Below, in pieces: positions 1-10,576 of a stretch of 64,000 nucleotides of DNA. The DNA is taken from sequence record SRR2962707_940, one strand, 5' to 3'. The notes beneath the pieces are model-generated. The model was not told the DNA's origin and made no database searches. It saw only the letters and a list, made by a program, of their open reading frames with translations. The position numbers were made by a program, and so were the translations under genes. Numbering within the stretch: the first letter of the stretch is position 1; each line of letters starts with the position of its first letter.

Positions 1-1
1 G

Positions 2-1384
2 CCGACCAACTATCTCGACCTTGAAGGCACTCTTTGGCTAGAAAATTATATTCAGCGCTACCCGCACACGGTTTTGCTGATTAGCCACGACCGCGACTTG
101 CTAAATTCTGCGGCGACTTCGATCCTGCATTTGGAAAACAAAGAGTTGACGTTCTATCGCGGCAATTACGATATTTTCCAACGCACACGCGCTGAGCGCA
201 TGATGCAGCAGACCAAAATGAAGGAAAAGCAGGACGCCAAGAAGAAGCATATGGAAGCATTTGTCGCCCGCTTCCGCGCCAAGGCTTCCAAAGCAAAGCA
301 GGCCCAATCGCGCCTGAAAGCACTTGAAAAAATGGGCGATATTTCGCTGATGGTTGATGAAGGCGTTAAACCGCTCAAATTCCCATCACCGGACCGCGAA
401 GCGGCATCGCCGATCATCACGATGGACAATGCCCAAGTTGGCTATGAACCCAACAAGCCGATTTTGAAAAACCTGACATTACGCATTGATGCTGACGACC
501 GCATCGCGCTTTTGGGTGCAAACGGCAATGGTAAGTCCACGTTCGCGAAATTGATTTCTGACCGCCTTAAAGCAGGCGAAGGCCGTGTCGTGCGGGCTGA
601 TAAATTGCGCGTTGCGATGTTTGCTCAGCACCAGATGGATGATCTGCACGCCGATTGGACAGCCTATGACCATTTGCGCGCTGCCCTGCCCGAAGAGCCA
701 GAGAGCCGTGTTCGCGCACGTGTTGCGGGGCTTGGTCTTGGCACGGAAAAAATGGACACAAAAGCGGCACAGCTATCAGGCGGTGAACGCGCGCGCCTAA
801 CGCTTGGCTTGGCAACCCTCGATAAGCCGCATTTGCTAATCCTCGATGAGCCAACCAACCATCTAGACATCGATAGCCGGTCAGCGCTGATTGAAGCGCT
901 CAATGATTATTCAGGCGCTGTCATGCTTATTAGCCACGACCGCCATCTTTTGGAAGCGACTGCCGAACGCCTTTGGATTGTGTCGGACGGTTCTGTTCAT
1001 CCCTATGACGGAGACATGGACGAATACCGCCAATTGATTTTGAAGGGTCCACAAAAAGAAAAAGTCGAAGATAGCAGCGCTAAAAAGAATGATGGTCTAT
1101 CGGGCAAAGAACGCCGCAAACTAGCGGCCGCTGCGCGTGATAAAATGAAGCCAGTTCGCAAAAAGATCAATGATCTCGAAGCCTTAATGGCCAAGGGTAA
1201 TAAATTGATTCAATCCATCGACGATGAATTAGCCTCACCTGCGGCGCTCGAAAACTCAGATAAAATGGCTGAATTGACGATCAAACGCGGCAAGACTGAA
1301 AAGCAAGTCGCGGATCTCGAGGCTGAATGGTTTGATCTTTGTACGCAGTATGAGGAAGCGACCGGCACCTCATTGATGGAGTAA
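2..1384 (+). CDS. ABC-F family ATP-binding protein (5' truncated by window edge)
   Basis: Frame is open from base 2 (PTNYLDLEG...LLISHDR). Second NBD has GANGNGKST, LSGGE, LILDEPTNHLD and ISHDR; C-terminal coiled coil; no TM segments. Confidence 0.92.
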   Translation, partial: PTNYLDLEGTLWLENYIQRYPHTVLLISHDRDLLNSAATSILHLENKELTFYRGNYDIFQRTRAERMMQQTKMKEKQDAKKKHMEAFVARFRAKASKAKQAQSRLKALEKMGDISLMVDEGVKPLKFPSPDREAASPIITMDNAQVGYEPNKPILKNLTLRIDADDRIALLGANGNGKSTFAKLISDRLKAGEGRVVRADKLRVAMFAQHQMDDLHADWTAYDHLRAALPEEPESRVRARVAGLGLGTEKMDTKAAQLSGGERARLTLGLATLDKPHLLILDEPTNHLDIDSRSALIEALNDYSGAVMLISHDRHLLEATAERLWIVSDGSVHPYDGDMDEYRQLILKGPQKEKVEDSSAKKNDGLSGKERRKLAAAARDKMKPVRKKINDLEALMAKGNKLIQSIDDELASPAALENSDKMAELTIKRGKTEKQVADLEAEWFDLCTQYEEATGTSLME

Positions 1385-1391
1385 GGCAGTT

Positions 1392-1685
1392 TTATTTACT
1401 GCCTCTTCCCCATTTCATTTTTGATGTTTCTGCAGGCGCTTCAGGATCGACGCGCCTGCCTATTTGTGAAGCGCGGCTTTGTGTGCCGGTTGGTGCATTG
1501 CTGTCGCGTTCAACGCGCCTTCTGCCTCCAAATACATAGGCGATGAGCCCGATCGCAATCAGCGTGTAACCTGTCCATTGAATGCCGCCGCTGACTTCAC
1601 CGCTCAAATATAACCCATGCAAATAGGGATATAAAAAAGCGGCAATAAGGCCGGCAATCAGCATGAATAATCCGGTTAAGCGCAT
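1392..1685 (-). CDS. Small two-TM hypothetical membrane protein
   Basis: ATG at 1685 overlaps the holC stop (ATGA). Two hydrophobic helices, then a basic tail ending KWGRGSK. Confidence 0.7.
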   Translation of the reverse strand: MRLTGLFMLIAGLIAAFLYPYLHGLYLSGEVSGGIQWTGYTLIAIGLIAYVFGGRRRVERDSNAPTGTQSRASQIGRRVDPEAPAETSKMKWGRGSK

Positions 1686-2137
1686 CAGCCCTGACGCTCC
1701 CATTTACCCTCGTCAGATTGCTTCCAATAGGTCAACGCGTGACCGGCAGTCTTCAAGTTCTTCCAGTTTTCGCGGGCTTGGCCTACAGCACTTTCATCGG
1801 TGCCATCGAACATAATTGCTATGCGTTCGTAGCTACTAATTTCTTCTGGAAGCCGAGCATTATCAACGACAAAGCGAATTTGGCTGCCATTTTGATTCAT
1901 GTCGGTTGACGTCAATATAATAGGATGTTGATCCATCGGCTCATCGCCGTCCTTGCCATGAGGTAAAAAGCTATTGGCGTCATATTCCCACAAACGGCGA
2001 TCAAGTCGGTCGCGCACATCATCGGTATGGGTTTGAACTGTCACCTTCCAATTGCGTGCAAGCGAACGCTCAACGAGGCTCGGCAAGGCCTCATCAAGCG
2101 ATGTTTGCGTCAAATGATAGAAGGTGATGTCGGTCAA
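1685..2137 (-). CDS. holC: DNA polymerase III subunit chi
   Basis: ITFYHL, LDRRLW...SFLPHG, WKQ...GKW; directly downstream of pepA. Confidence 0.93.
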   Translation of the reverse strand: MTDITFYHLTQTSLDEALPSLVERSLARNWKVTVQTHTDDVRDRLDRRLWEYDANSFLPHGKDGDEPMDQHPIILTSTDMNQNGSQIRFVVDNARLPEEISSYERIAIMFDGTDESAVGQARENWKNLKTAGHALTYWKQSDEGKWERQG

Positions 2138-2140
2138 CGA

Positions 2141-3616
2141 TTAGCCTTCATACGCATCTGTGACGAGCTGATTGAGAAGACGAACACCAAAACCAGAGGC
2201 CCATGAAGTGTTAATTTCAGTGGTCGGCGATGACATGGCAGTGCCTGCTATATCCAAATGTGCCCAAGGTGTTTCGCCCACAAAGCGCTGCAGGAATTGC
2301 GCAGCTGTAATGGAGCCAGCAAAGCGGCCGCCGGTGTTTTTCATATCCGCAAATTTGCTGTCGATCATCTTGTCATATTCTTTGCCGAGCGGCAGACGCC
2401 ACAATTTCTCACCAGATGAGAAGCCTGCGGTTAGCAAATTGGATGAAAGCTCATCATTGTTTGAGAAAAGTCCAGCATGATGTTGGCCGAGCGCAACAAG
2501 AACTGCGCCGGTCAACGTCGCTAGATTGACCATGAATTTTGGATTGAACTCTTCTTTACAATACCAAAGCGCATCACACAGCACCAAACGGCCTTCGGCA
2601 TCCGTATTAATCACTTCAATTGTTTGGCCGGACATAGAAGTCACAATATCGCCTGGGCGCTGCGCGTTGCCATCAGGCATATTTTCGACAAGGCCGATAA
2701 TGCCAATTGCGTTCACTTTGGCTTTGCGCGCTGCAAGAGCGTGCATCAAACCGGTGACTGCGGCTGCGCCGCCCATATCGCCCTTCATGTCTTCCATGCC
2801 TGCCGCAGGCTTGATCGAAATACCACCGGTATCAAAGGTCACGCCTTTGCCGATAAAGGCGATTGGCTGTTCTTTGGCTTTGCCGCCATTCCATTTCATA
2901 ATGACCAAACGCGGTGGATTGCGTGAGCCGTAAGAAACGCCCAAAAGCGCGCCCATGCCCAATTTCTTCATTTCTTTTTCGGTGAGCGTGGTTGTTTCAA
3001 CGCCAAGTTTGCTCAGCGCCTCAGCGCGGCTGGCAAATTCAATCGGCGTTAGAACATTGGCTGGCTCATTGACCAATTCACGCGCGAGCATTGTGCCTTG
3101 AGCAATCGCTTCTTGTATAGCCCATGCTTTTTTGGCCGCAGCATTTTCATCCAGCATAATGACGACTTTTTGCGTTGCTGCATCGTTTTTAGCGTCGTCT
3201 GATTTTTTGGTTTTATATTTATCAAATGAATAGGCGCGAAGCACATAGCCATGCGCGAATGCCGCGGCCTCCTCGCCGTCACAGCGCAAATGAATCGTCA
3301 CCGATGTTTCGCGCGCCGCCGCAGCCCGTGCAACACCGCCCAGTAGCATCCAGTCTTCGATTGTCAATTTATCGGCTTCGCCCATACCAATAACAAGGGC
3401 GCGGTCTGCCAAAGAACCTGCGGGCGCTAATACATCCAACTTAGTTTTTGGCTTGGCTGTAAACTTTGCGCTAGCAGCAGCTTTATCGAGCACCTTTTCC
3501 GTGTCAAAATCACTTGCAACGGTTGAAGGCTGTTCGCCTTGTGCGCATAAAAGCACATAAGCACCTTTTTTTGGCGCGGCGACTTTGGAAAAACTGATTG
3601 TTGGGACGAATGACAT
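2141..3616 (-). CDS. pepA: Leucyl aminopeptidase (M17)
   Basis: [19 protein letters not shown] and NTDAEGRL motifs. Confidence 0.97.
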   Translation of the reverse strand: MSFVPTISFSKVAAPKKGAYVLLCAQGEQPSTVASDFDTEKVLDKAAASAKFTAKPKTKLDVLAPAGSLADRALVIGMGEADKLTIEDWMLLGGVARAAAARETSVTIHLRCDGEEAAAFAHGYVLRAYSFDKYKTKKSDDAKNDAATQKVVIMLDENAAAKKAWAIQEAIAQGTMLARELVNEPANVLTPIEFASRAEALSKLGVETTTLTEKEMKKLGMGALLGVSYGSRNPPRLVIMKWNGGKAKEQPIAFIGKGVTFDTGGISIKPAAGMEDMKGDMGGAAAVTGLMHALAARKAKVNAIGIIGLVENMPDGNAQRPGDIVTSMSGQTIEVINTDAEGRLVLCDALWYCKEEFNPKFMVNLATLTGAVLVALGQHHAGLFSNNDELSSNLLTAGFSSGEKLWRLPLGKEYDKMIDSKFADMKNTGGRFAGSITAAQFLQRFVGETPWAHLDIAGTAMSSPTTEINTSWASGFGVRLLNQLVTDAYEG

Positions 3617-3709
3617 GAATGGTCCTATGTTTTGTGTTTTGGCATTACAGCCTTGTTTTTGGCGCTAATCCATCGGATAGCAAGAGCCAAGTTCGGCGAA
3701 AAGAATTCG

Positions 3710-3730
3710 TTAACCAAAATTCTTGGTTAA
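3710..3730. promoter_or_regulatory. Palindrome TTAACCAA-N5-TTGGTTAA (CtrA half-site-like) in the pepA/lptF divergent region
   Basis: Perfect 8-bp inverted repeat read directly from the sequence; function inferred. Confidence 0.45.
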
Positions 3731-3762
3731 GTTTTAGCCCAGTGCGTTTACTGGTTAATGGA

Positions 3763-3800
3763 TTATTGCAAACAGTGCTAACATTTTATCGATGTTAGCA
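3763..3800 (+). promoter_or_regulatory. Putative lptF promoter/operator: 23-bp motif shared with surA plus palindrome TGCTAACAT-N7-ATGTTAGCA
   Basis: 3763-3785 matches 8512-8534 at 20/23 positions; 9-bp inverted repeat at 3776-3784/3792-3800. Confidence 0.5.
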
Positions 3801-3808
3801 AAGCACAA

Positions 3809-4996
3809 ATGGGATTAGGCTTGAAGACCATCGAGCGCTACATTTTAAAACGCGTTGCTATCGCCAGCCTTGGTTCGACGATAGCGATTGTTGTGCTTGT
3901 CTGGATTACGCAAGTCGCTCAACGCATTGATTTCGCAACCGGAACGGGCGGGTCGATGGCGACGTTCCTGTTATTCATGGTTTTGCTTATCCCGCAAATG
4001 ATTTCTGCATTGCTGCCATTCGGCATTGGGTTTGGCGCGGTTCAAGTTTTAAATGCGATGAACCAAGATTCTGAAATGCCGGTCATATCCAGTGCCGGAT
4101 TCGGCCGCTGGCGCGTTGCCCGCCCCTTTCTAATCGTTGGGCTGGTAGCTTCTCTTTATGTATTGCTTTCAAATATATTTATCGAGCCCCGTGCAAATTT
4201 GGCTGCGCGCGATGTTCTTGTCCAAGCACGCTCAGACCTTTTAACAACGCTCATTCAGCCTGGCCGATTTACGAAGGCAGAAGATAATTTGACTATTTTT
4301 GTCGACGGTAAAACTGGCGGCAATTTAGAACGCATTATGATTTCGGATACACGCGACCCGGAAACAAGCCTTATTTATTATGCTAAATCTGGCGCTGTGG
4401 GCGAAGTCGATGGCGACACGCTTCTCATTATGGTCAACGGTGAGATTCACCGAAAACCACGCAATTCAGAGCAGATCACCATTATTCGCTTTTCTTCTTA
4501 TGCGATTAGCCTTTCGCAATTTGCCAGTGCTGGTGGCAAGCAAAATTATTATATACATGAGCGCTCTACCGCCTATTTGCTTAACCCAGACAAAGATGAC
4601 CGCGCCATAAAAAGCCAGCCTGGCATTGCAAAGGCTGAGCTTAATCGCCGCCTTTCGGACTTCTTTTATCCGATACTTATGTCCATTGTTGGTCTCGTCT
4701 TGGCCGGTACGCCGCGCTCGCACCGCGGCATCAGTTTCCTCAACCATCTGTTGGTTTTTGGTGCAGCCCTTGGTTACCGCGGATTGGCCGGTTTCGCGAT
4801 GAGCAGCAATAAAATAACCGCCGATCAGCTTTATCTGTTCTATCTCATTCCGCTGGCGGGCATCGCCCTTAGCGCTTGGATGTATTCAACTGAACGCACC
4901 GTGGGCGTACCGCAATTTGTCTTGATCAAATATGATCAGGTCGCCAATTTCGTTCAATCCATTTATGGGCGTAAATCATCGCGGGGGGCTTCGTGA
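3809..4996 (+). CDS. lptF: LPS export ABC transporter permease LptF
   Basis: YjgP/YjgQ-type 3TM-periplasmic-3TM layout; DSE motif; divergent from pepA and followed by lptG and lptD. Confidence 0.88.
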   Translation: MGLGLKTIERYILKRVAIASLGSTIAIVVLVWITQVAQRIDFATGTGGSMATFLLFMVLLIPQMISALLPFGIGFGAVQVLNAMNQDSEMPVISSAGFGRWRVARPFLIVGLVASLYVLLSNIFIEPRANLAARDVLVQARSDLLTTLIQPGRFTKAEDNLTIFVDGKTGGNLERIMISDTRDPETSLIYYAKSGAVGEVDGDTLLIMVNGEIHRKPRNSEQITIIRFSSYAISLSQFASAGGKQNYYIHERSTAYLLNPDKDDRAIKSQPGIAKAELNRRLSDFFYPILMSIVGLVLAGTPRSHRGISFLNHLLVFGAALGYRGLAGFAMSSNKITADQLYLFYLIPLAGIALSAWMYSTERTVGVPQFVLIKYDQVANFVQSIYGRKSSRGAS

Positions 4997-6090
4997 TGCT
5001 TGGCAATACGATACAGAGATACATTTTTAGATATGTGTTCAAAATCACATTCTATCTATTTTTGGGTATTTCAATCTTGGTATTGATGATTGATTTTTCC
5101 GAGATGAGTAACAGGCTATCGGGTGTATCTGGCTTTACATCTTCGCTCGGCCTTTGGCTTTCGGCTATCCGCTTGCCATTCATTATCCAATTTATCGTGC
5201 CTTTTGTTATACTTGCGGCGACGATGACAACGCTGATGAGCCTCAACAGAAAGAACGAACTTGTTGTTGCCCGATCAATTGGATTGTCGGCATGGCAGTT
5301 TCTAGCGCCTATTTGGGTGTTTGCCTTTTTGGCTGGCTGCTTTGTTATTCTTGTTTTGAACCCGCTTGCTGCCTCAGGCATGTCAAAAGCGCTCGAAATT
5401 GAAGGCGCATTGCGCGGCAAGCCGGCAACACACGCTTTGGCGGACAAAGAGAACTCTTGGCTGCGACAAGACGCAGCAGATGGTGGCATGATCCTGATTG
5501 GTGCAGAGCGGGTGTCCCCTAACGGCATTAAAATGTTCAATGCCGTATTCATCGAAATTGATGCCAATGAGCAAATCGTCAATCGCTATGACGCGCCAAC
5601 AGCTTCGCTAGGCGACAAGGTTTGGCTTTTAAATGATGCGATACAGAGCAGAGCGGGCGAAGCCAGCGTTGAAATTGGCAGCATGGAGATCCCGACAAAG
5701 CTGGACCCATCTATCGTGACTGATGCGCTGGTTTCACCAACGATGATTCCCTTCTTTGAGCTCGGGAATCAAATCGATAAAGCACGTGCTTTTGGTGTCT
5801 CATCTGCCAGCTTTCTAATGCAATATCATTCGCTTATTGCACGGCCGGCGCTTTTGATATCGATGACACTCATTGCGGCAACAGTTTCGTTAAGGTTCGC
5901 GCGATTTGGTGTGTCTTCCGGTATGATTTTGGGTGGCATTGTGGCGGGGATCGTGCTTTATGTCGTCACAGAAGTAACTTATTCGTTTGGCGGGGCGGGA
6001 ATCATATCCCCAGTGGTGGCTGCATGGCTGCCAGTGTTGGCCTCCGGAATGTTTGGTGTGGCCTATTTATTGCACCGAGAGGACGGTTGA
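4993..6090 (+). CDS. lptG: LPS export ABC transporter permease LptG
   Basis: NELVVARSIGLSAWQ motif, ends LLHREDG; overlaps the lptF stop. Confidence 0.9.
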   Translation: MMLGNTIQRYIFRYVFKITFYLFLGISILVLMIDFSEMSNRLSGVSGFTSSLGLWLSAIRLPFIIQFIVPFVILAATMTTLMSLNRKNELVVARSIGLSAWQFLAPIWVFAFLAGCFVILVLNPLAASGMSKALEIEGALRGKPATHALADKENSWLRQDAADGGMILIGAERVSPNGIKMFNAVFIEIDANEQIVNRYDAPTASLGDKVWLLNDAIQSRAGEASVEIGSMEIPTKLDPSIVTDALVSPTMIPFFELGNQIDKARAFGVSSASFLMQYHSLIARPALLISMTLIAATVSLRFARFGVSSGMILGGIVAGIVLYVVTEVTYSFGGAGIISPVVAAWLPVLASGMFGVAYLLHREDG

Positions 6091-6096
6091 TTGGGT

Positions 6097-8466
6097 ATGC
6101 GAGTGAAGCCAAAGCAAGTTTTGCTTGAAGCACAGACTTATCGTGGGCGTTTTTTACGCCCCGCGGCTTTGTCGCTTGCTAGCGCATTGGCTATGAGCTG
6201 CGCTTTTTCAACACCTTTGTTGGCGCAATCAACAGACCTACTCACCCAGTCTGCGCAATCTAATCCGAATGCACCAATGCTGCTGCAGGCCGATGAACTA
6301 ATCTATGACATAGATCAGAAGACGATTACGGCAGCTGGTACAGTCAATGTCGACTATGACGGCACACGTCTTGTATCGGATAAGTTGGTTTATAAACAGT
6401 TAACCAAGCGCCTTGTTGCTGTTGGCAATGTCGAAATTCTTCAACCAGATGGCACACGTACATTTGCCGATGAAATCGATGTCACAGACGACTTTAGAGA
6501 TGGCTTCGTCAATTCGCTTCGCGTTGTTACGCCAGAACGCACAAATTTTGCTGCTGAAAGCGCTACACGCGAAAACGGCACCATAACGACATTTAACAAT
6601 GGCGTTTATACAGCCTGTAATGCCTGCGAAGGCAAAGAGGGCAAGCATCCATTTTGGCAAATCAAAGCCAAAAGAGTGATTTGGAATGGCGAAAAGAAAA
6701 CGATGCGCTTTGAAAATGCGCGTTTTGAATTTCTGGGCATTCCGATTGCATATCTTCCCTTCTTTGTGACGGCGGATTCGAGCGTAAAACGCAAAACCGG
6801 CTTTTTGCTGCCAAGCATTGAAAGCGCGCCGCAATTTGGTTTTGGCCTGCGTGTCCCCTATTTCGTGAATTTGGCACCTGATCGTGACTTAAGCCTAGCA
6901 GCAACCGGTTACACCAAGCAGGGCTTTTTGGCTGAAGCAGAATACCGCCAAGTGTTTGAAAGCGGCACCTTTACCCTGAAGGCGGCGGGCATTCACCAGT
7001 TCCAACCCAATGCTTTTAATGCTGGCACTGTCGATTCGTCGGTCATGAACCGTGGGATGATCGGCACTACTGGCAATTTTAAGATCAATCCACGCTGGGC
7101 ATTTGGCTGGAATGGCATGCTGCAAAGCGATGCTAACTTTTCAAACACCTATAATATTCGCGGCTTTTCTGGCAGCACGGTTGAGAACCAAATCTATCTA
7201 ACGGGTCTTGGCAGCCGCAGCTATTTTGATGTGCGCGCCATCTATTATGATAAGCAAAACTCTAGCTCAGCGAACACAAGTGAACGCGAGCAAGGCATTG
7301 TGTTGCCTAGCCTTGATTATAATTACATCGTCGACGGCCCCGTTGCTGGCGGCCAATTGTCTTTTGATTTTAATACGCGCGGCATTGTTCGGCGTGATCA
7401 GGATTCGACGCCACTAGCATCAAATTACAAAACACCGGGTGCAGATGCCAATAGCTGGCGTCTTTCTGCTCAGACGGAGTGGCGGAAGACCTTCATTACG
7501 TCATCAGGCCTCGTGATTACGCCTATATTGCATGCGCAGGGCGAAACATCGATTGTTGATGATAATACCGGCGGCGCTAATCTTTCAGCGAGCGGCGCAA
7601 GCTTTAACGGCAGCGGCTCTTCATTCCGCGGCATGGTGACTGCAGGGCTTGAGCTTCGCTATCCAATTTTGTTCTCGACATCGAGTTCAACACATGTGCT
7701 TGAGCCAATCGCGCAGATTTTCGCGCGGCCTAGCGAAACGCTTTTCGGCGTTCTTCCCAACGAAGATGCACAAAGCCTTGTCTTTGATGGCGCAAGCCTG
7801 TTCCAGCGCGATAAGTTTTCTGGCAATGACCGCATGGAAGGCGGCACACGCGCCAATATCGGACTTCGCTACACGGGCAGTTTTGCTAATGGCTGGGGTG
7901 TTAACGCGGTCGCGGGCCAATCATTCCACCTTGCGGGCGTAAACTCATACGGGCAAGCAGATACCGCCAATGTCGGTTATGATTCAGGCCTTGAGACTTC
8001 GCGTTCTGATTATGTCGCCGCGCTTAACATTACCGATGGCACCGGCCTTAATTTTAACTTCGGCACACGTCTTGATGAAAGCACATTTGAAGTGCGCCGT
8101 GCAGAAGCCAATGTATCGCTCAATTATGCGCGCGTTAACATGACCGCCGGCTATGCCTTTATCGACGCGCAGCCAACTTACGGCTTCTTAAATGACCGCC
8201 ATGAAGTGAGCACCACAGCGTCCTATAAGCTGGATGCGAATTGGAGTGTTTTCGGTTCGGCGACCTATGATATTTCAGGCAACGATCTGGATAAATATTC
8301 TTTTGGCGCCGGTTATGAAAATGATTGTTTCATCATCCGTGCGAATTACGCAGAAGACAGAACGACATCGGGCGCAATTAAAAGAAACTATGGCGTATTC
8401 ATTTCTATGCGCACGCTTGGTGACTTTGGAAATGACCCAGATCAGTTTGGTAATGGATTTAACTAA
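6097..8466 (+). CDS. lptD: LPS assembly outer-membrane protein LptD
   Basis: Signal peptide, OstA-like N domain (LLQADELIYD), YTACNAC, beta-barrel with terminal Cys (YENDCF). Start is 6091 (TTG) or 6097 (ATG). Confidence 0.93.
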   Translation: MRVKPKQVLLEAQTYRGRFLRPAALSLASALAMSCAFSTPLLAQSTDLLTQSAQSNPNAPMLLQADELIYDIDQKTITAAGTVNVDYDGTRLVSDKLVYKQLTKRLVAVGNVEILQPDGTRTFADEIDVTDDFRDGFVNSLRVVTPERTNFAAESATRENGTITTFNNGVYTACNACEGKEGKHPFWQIKAKRVIWNGEKKTMRFENARFEFLGIPIAYLPFFVTADSSVKRKTGFLLPSIESAPQFGFGLRVPYFVNLAPDRDLSLAATGYTKQGFLAEAEYRQVFESGTFTLKAAGIHQFQPNAFNAGTVDSSVMNRGMIGTTGNFKINPRWAFGWNGMLQSDANFSNTYNIRGFSGSTVENQIYLTGLGSRSYFDVRAIYYDKQNSSSANTSEREQGIVLPSLDYNYIVDGPVAGGQLSFDFNTRGIVRRDQDSTPLASNYKTPGADANSWRLSAQTEWRKTFITSSGLVITPILHAQGETSIVDDNTGGANLSASGASFNGSGSSFRGMVTAGLELRYPILFSTSSSTHVLEPIAQIFARPSETLFGVLPNEDAQSLVFDGASLFQRDKFSGNDRMEGGTRANIGLRYTGSFANGWGVNAVAGQSFHLAGVNSYGQADTANVGYDSGLETSRSDYVAALNITDGTGLNFNFGTRLDESTFEVRRAEANVSLNYARVNMTAGYAFIDAQPTYGFLNDRHEVSTTASYKLDANWSVFGSATYDISGNDLDKYSFGAGYENDCFIIRANYAEDRTTSGAIKRNYGVFISMRTLGDFGNDPDQFGNGFN

Positions 8467-8511
8467 ACGCCTTTGTTTTGACAAAGAACGCACTAGTGTG
8501 GCCAATTACGG

Positions 8512-8534
8512 TTATTAGAAACTGTGCTAACATT
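8512..8534 (+). promoter_or_regulatory. Putative surA promoter motif (copy of the lptF motif)
   Basis: TTATTagAAACtGTGCTAACATT versus TTATTgcAAACaGTGCTAACATT at 3763. Confidence 0.45.
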
Positions 8535-8561
8535 CGAAAATCTTGATATGCGGAGGAAAAC

Positions 8562-9512
8562 ATGCGCAAAAGTCCTTTAATAATGACATCGTTGTTTGCG
8601 ACAATGCTCGCTGCGGCACCGCTTTCTCTGCACCAAGATAATCATATTGTTGGCGTTTCAACCGCCTACGCATCAGACATCAAAGTTGTCGTTAATGACG
8701 AAGTTGTCACCAGCTATGATATCGCACGCCGCGTCGCATTTCTAAAATTGCAGCGCCGCAAGGGTAACCTTAATCAAGTCGCTGTGTCAGAATTAACCGA
8801 TGAAGCGCTAAAGCGCGGCGCAATTCGTGCTGCTGGTTACCGCATTCCTGATTCCAATGTTGAAGCTGCTTTCGCCAATTTTGCCCGCGGCAATAAATTG
8901 TCGACTTCGCAAATGACCAACATATTGAACCAAGCGGGCGTAACTTCTGCTCACTTTAAAGATTATATCCGCCTACAAATTGGCTGGGGACAATTGGTGC
9001 AAGCGCGTGCGGGTGGTGGTGGCCAGCTCATGAACGAGCAAGATGTTGTCGCTAAGATGCTTGAAAATGGTGGCAAAAAGCCAACATCAACGGAATATAC
9101 TTTGCAGCAGGTGATATTTGTGGTGCCTGACGCAAAGCGGTCAAGTCAACTCGGCACGCGCCGTAAAGAAGCCAACAATATGCGCGGACAAATCAACAGT
9201 TGTGACAACACCAAACAGCTCGCCACGAATGTGCGCGATGTCACTGTGCGTGACCTTGGCCGCATTCTTGAACTACGCCTTCCCCCTTTATGGGAAAAAG
9301 AAGTTATTGGCTTGAAGGCTGGCGCGACAACACGCACGAAAGATACAGAACGCGGTGTTGAATTTCTGATTGTTTGCGACGCACGTTCGGTTTCCGACGA
9401 CCGCGTTGCGCAGCTTGAATTTTCGACACAGCAGTTGGAATCGGGCGGCGGCGATATCGGCAAAGATTTCCTAGAAGAATTGCGTAAGAACGCCAAAATC
9501 AGAAATCGCTAA
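8562..9512 (+). CDS. surA: SurA-like periplasmic chaperone/PPIase
   Basis: Signal peptide, [15 protein letters not shown], ends ELRKNAKI; sits between lptD and pdxA. Confidence 0.85.
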   Translation: MRKSPLIMTSLFATMLAAAPLSLHQDNHIVGVSTAYASDIKVVVNDEVVTSYDIARRVAFLKLQRRKGNLNQVAVSELTDEALKRGAIRAAGYRIPDSNVEAAFANFARGNKLSTSQMTNILNQAGVTSAHFKDYIRLQIGWGQLVQARAGGGGQLMNEQDVVAKMLENGGKKPTSTEYTLQQVIFVVPDAKRSSQLGTRRKEANNMRGQINSCDNTKQLATNVRDVTVRDLGRILELRLPPLWEKEVIGLKAGATTRTKDTERGVEFLIVCDARSVSDDRVAQLEFSTQQLESGGGDIGKDFLEELRKNAKIRNR

Positions 9513-9538
9513 GGCGACGACTTACCGAGGGTATTTGC

Positions 9539-10576
9539 ATGACAGCGCCATCTGCGACGAACGGCACAAACTTATTGCCGCTCGCAGTTAGCTGCGGCGA
9601 ACCATCGGGTATTGGTCCTGATGTGATTTTGAAAAGTTGGCTTGGACGTGATTCTGAAAAGCTCCCCGCTTTTTATGTTTTAGGTGATGTCGACCAATTG
9701 ACGGCACGGGCTAAAACCCTTGATTTTGATATTCCCATCACAGAATCACAGCCGCATGAGGCGATGAATGCTTTCACGCATTCGCTGCCTGTTTGCCCAT
9801 TGCAAAATGAACTGAGCGAAAACATCGGCGTCCCGCTGATTGAAAATGCAGCTGGCGTTATTGAGGCCATTGATCGCGGCGTTGCGGACATTGCCAATGG
9901 AAATGCTGCTGCACTTGTCACAGCGCCTATCGCAAAAAAACCGCTCTATGATGCAGGCTTCCGCCATCCTGGCCACACAGAGTTTTTAGCAGAGCTAGCC
10001 TCAAAATATTTTGGCGGCACGACCCTGCCCGTTATGATGATTGCCGGACCGGAACTGCGCACAATTCCAGTCACGATCCACATTCCAATTTCTGAAGTTC
10101 CATCTGCGTTGACAAGCCAAGCGATTATCGAAACGGCGCGCATCGCGCATCATGATCTAAAGAACCGCTTTGGCATTCATGCGCCGCGTCTTGCTATATC
10201 TGGCCTTAACCCCCATGCGGGCGAAGATGGCGCGATGGGCAAAGAGGATCTAACCATCATCGCCCCAGCTATCGCAGCCCTGCAAGCTGAAGGCATCAAT
10301 GCCTTTGGGCCACTTCCCGCTGACACGATGTTTCATGCCAGCGCACGCGCCAATTACGATGTTGCGATTTGCATGTATCACGATCAAGCCTTGATACCGG
10401 CGAAAATGCTTGGATTTGACGATGGCGTCAACGTGACGCTTGGCCTTCCCTTCATTCGCACCTCACCTGACCATGGCACGGCCTTTGCCATTGCCGGGAC
10501 AGGCATGGCAAAGCCTGACAGTTTTATGGCAGCCCTTAAACTTGCAGCCCAGATGGGTCAATCAAACCATGAGTGA
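9539..10576 (+). CDS. pdxA: 4-hydroxythreonine-4-phosphate dehydrogenase
   Basis: [36 protein letters not shown]. Confidence 0.97.
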   Translation: MTAPSATNGTNLLPLAVSCGEPSGIGPDVILKSWLGRDSEKLPAFYVLGDVDQLTARAKTLDFDIPITESQPHEAMNAFTHSLPVCPLQNELSENIGVPLIENAAGVIEAIDRGVADIANGNAAALVTAPIAKKPLYDAGFRHPGHTEFLAELASKYFGGTTLPVMMIAGPELRTIPVTIHIPISEVPSALTSQAIIETARIAHHDLKNRFGIHAPRLAISGLNPHAGEDGAMGKEDLTIIAPAIAALQAEGINAFGPLPADTMFHASARANYDVAICMYHDQALIPAKMLGFDDGVNVTLGLPFIRTSPDHGTAFAIAGTGMAKPDSFMAALKLAAQMGQSNHE

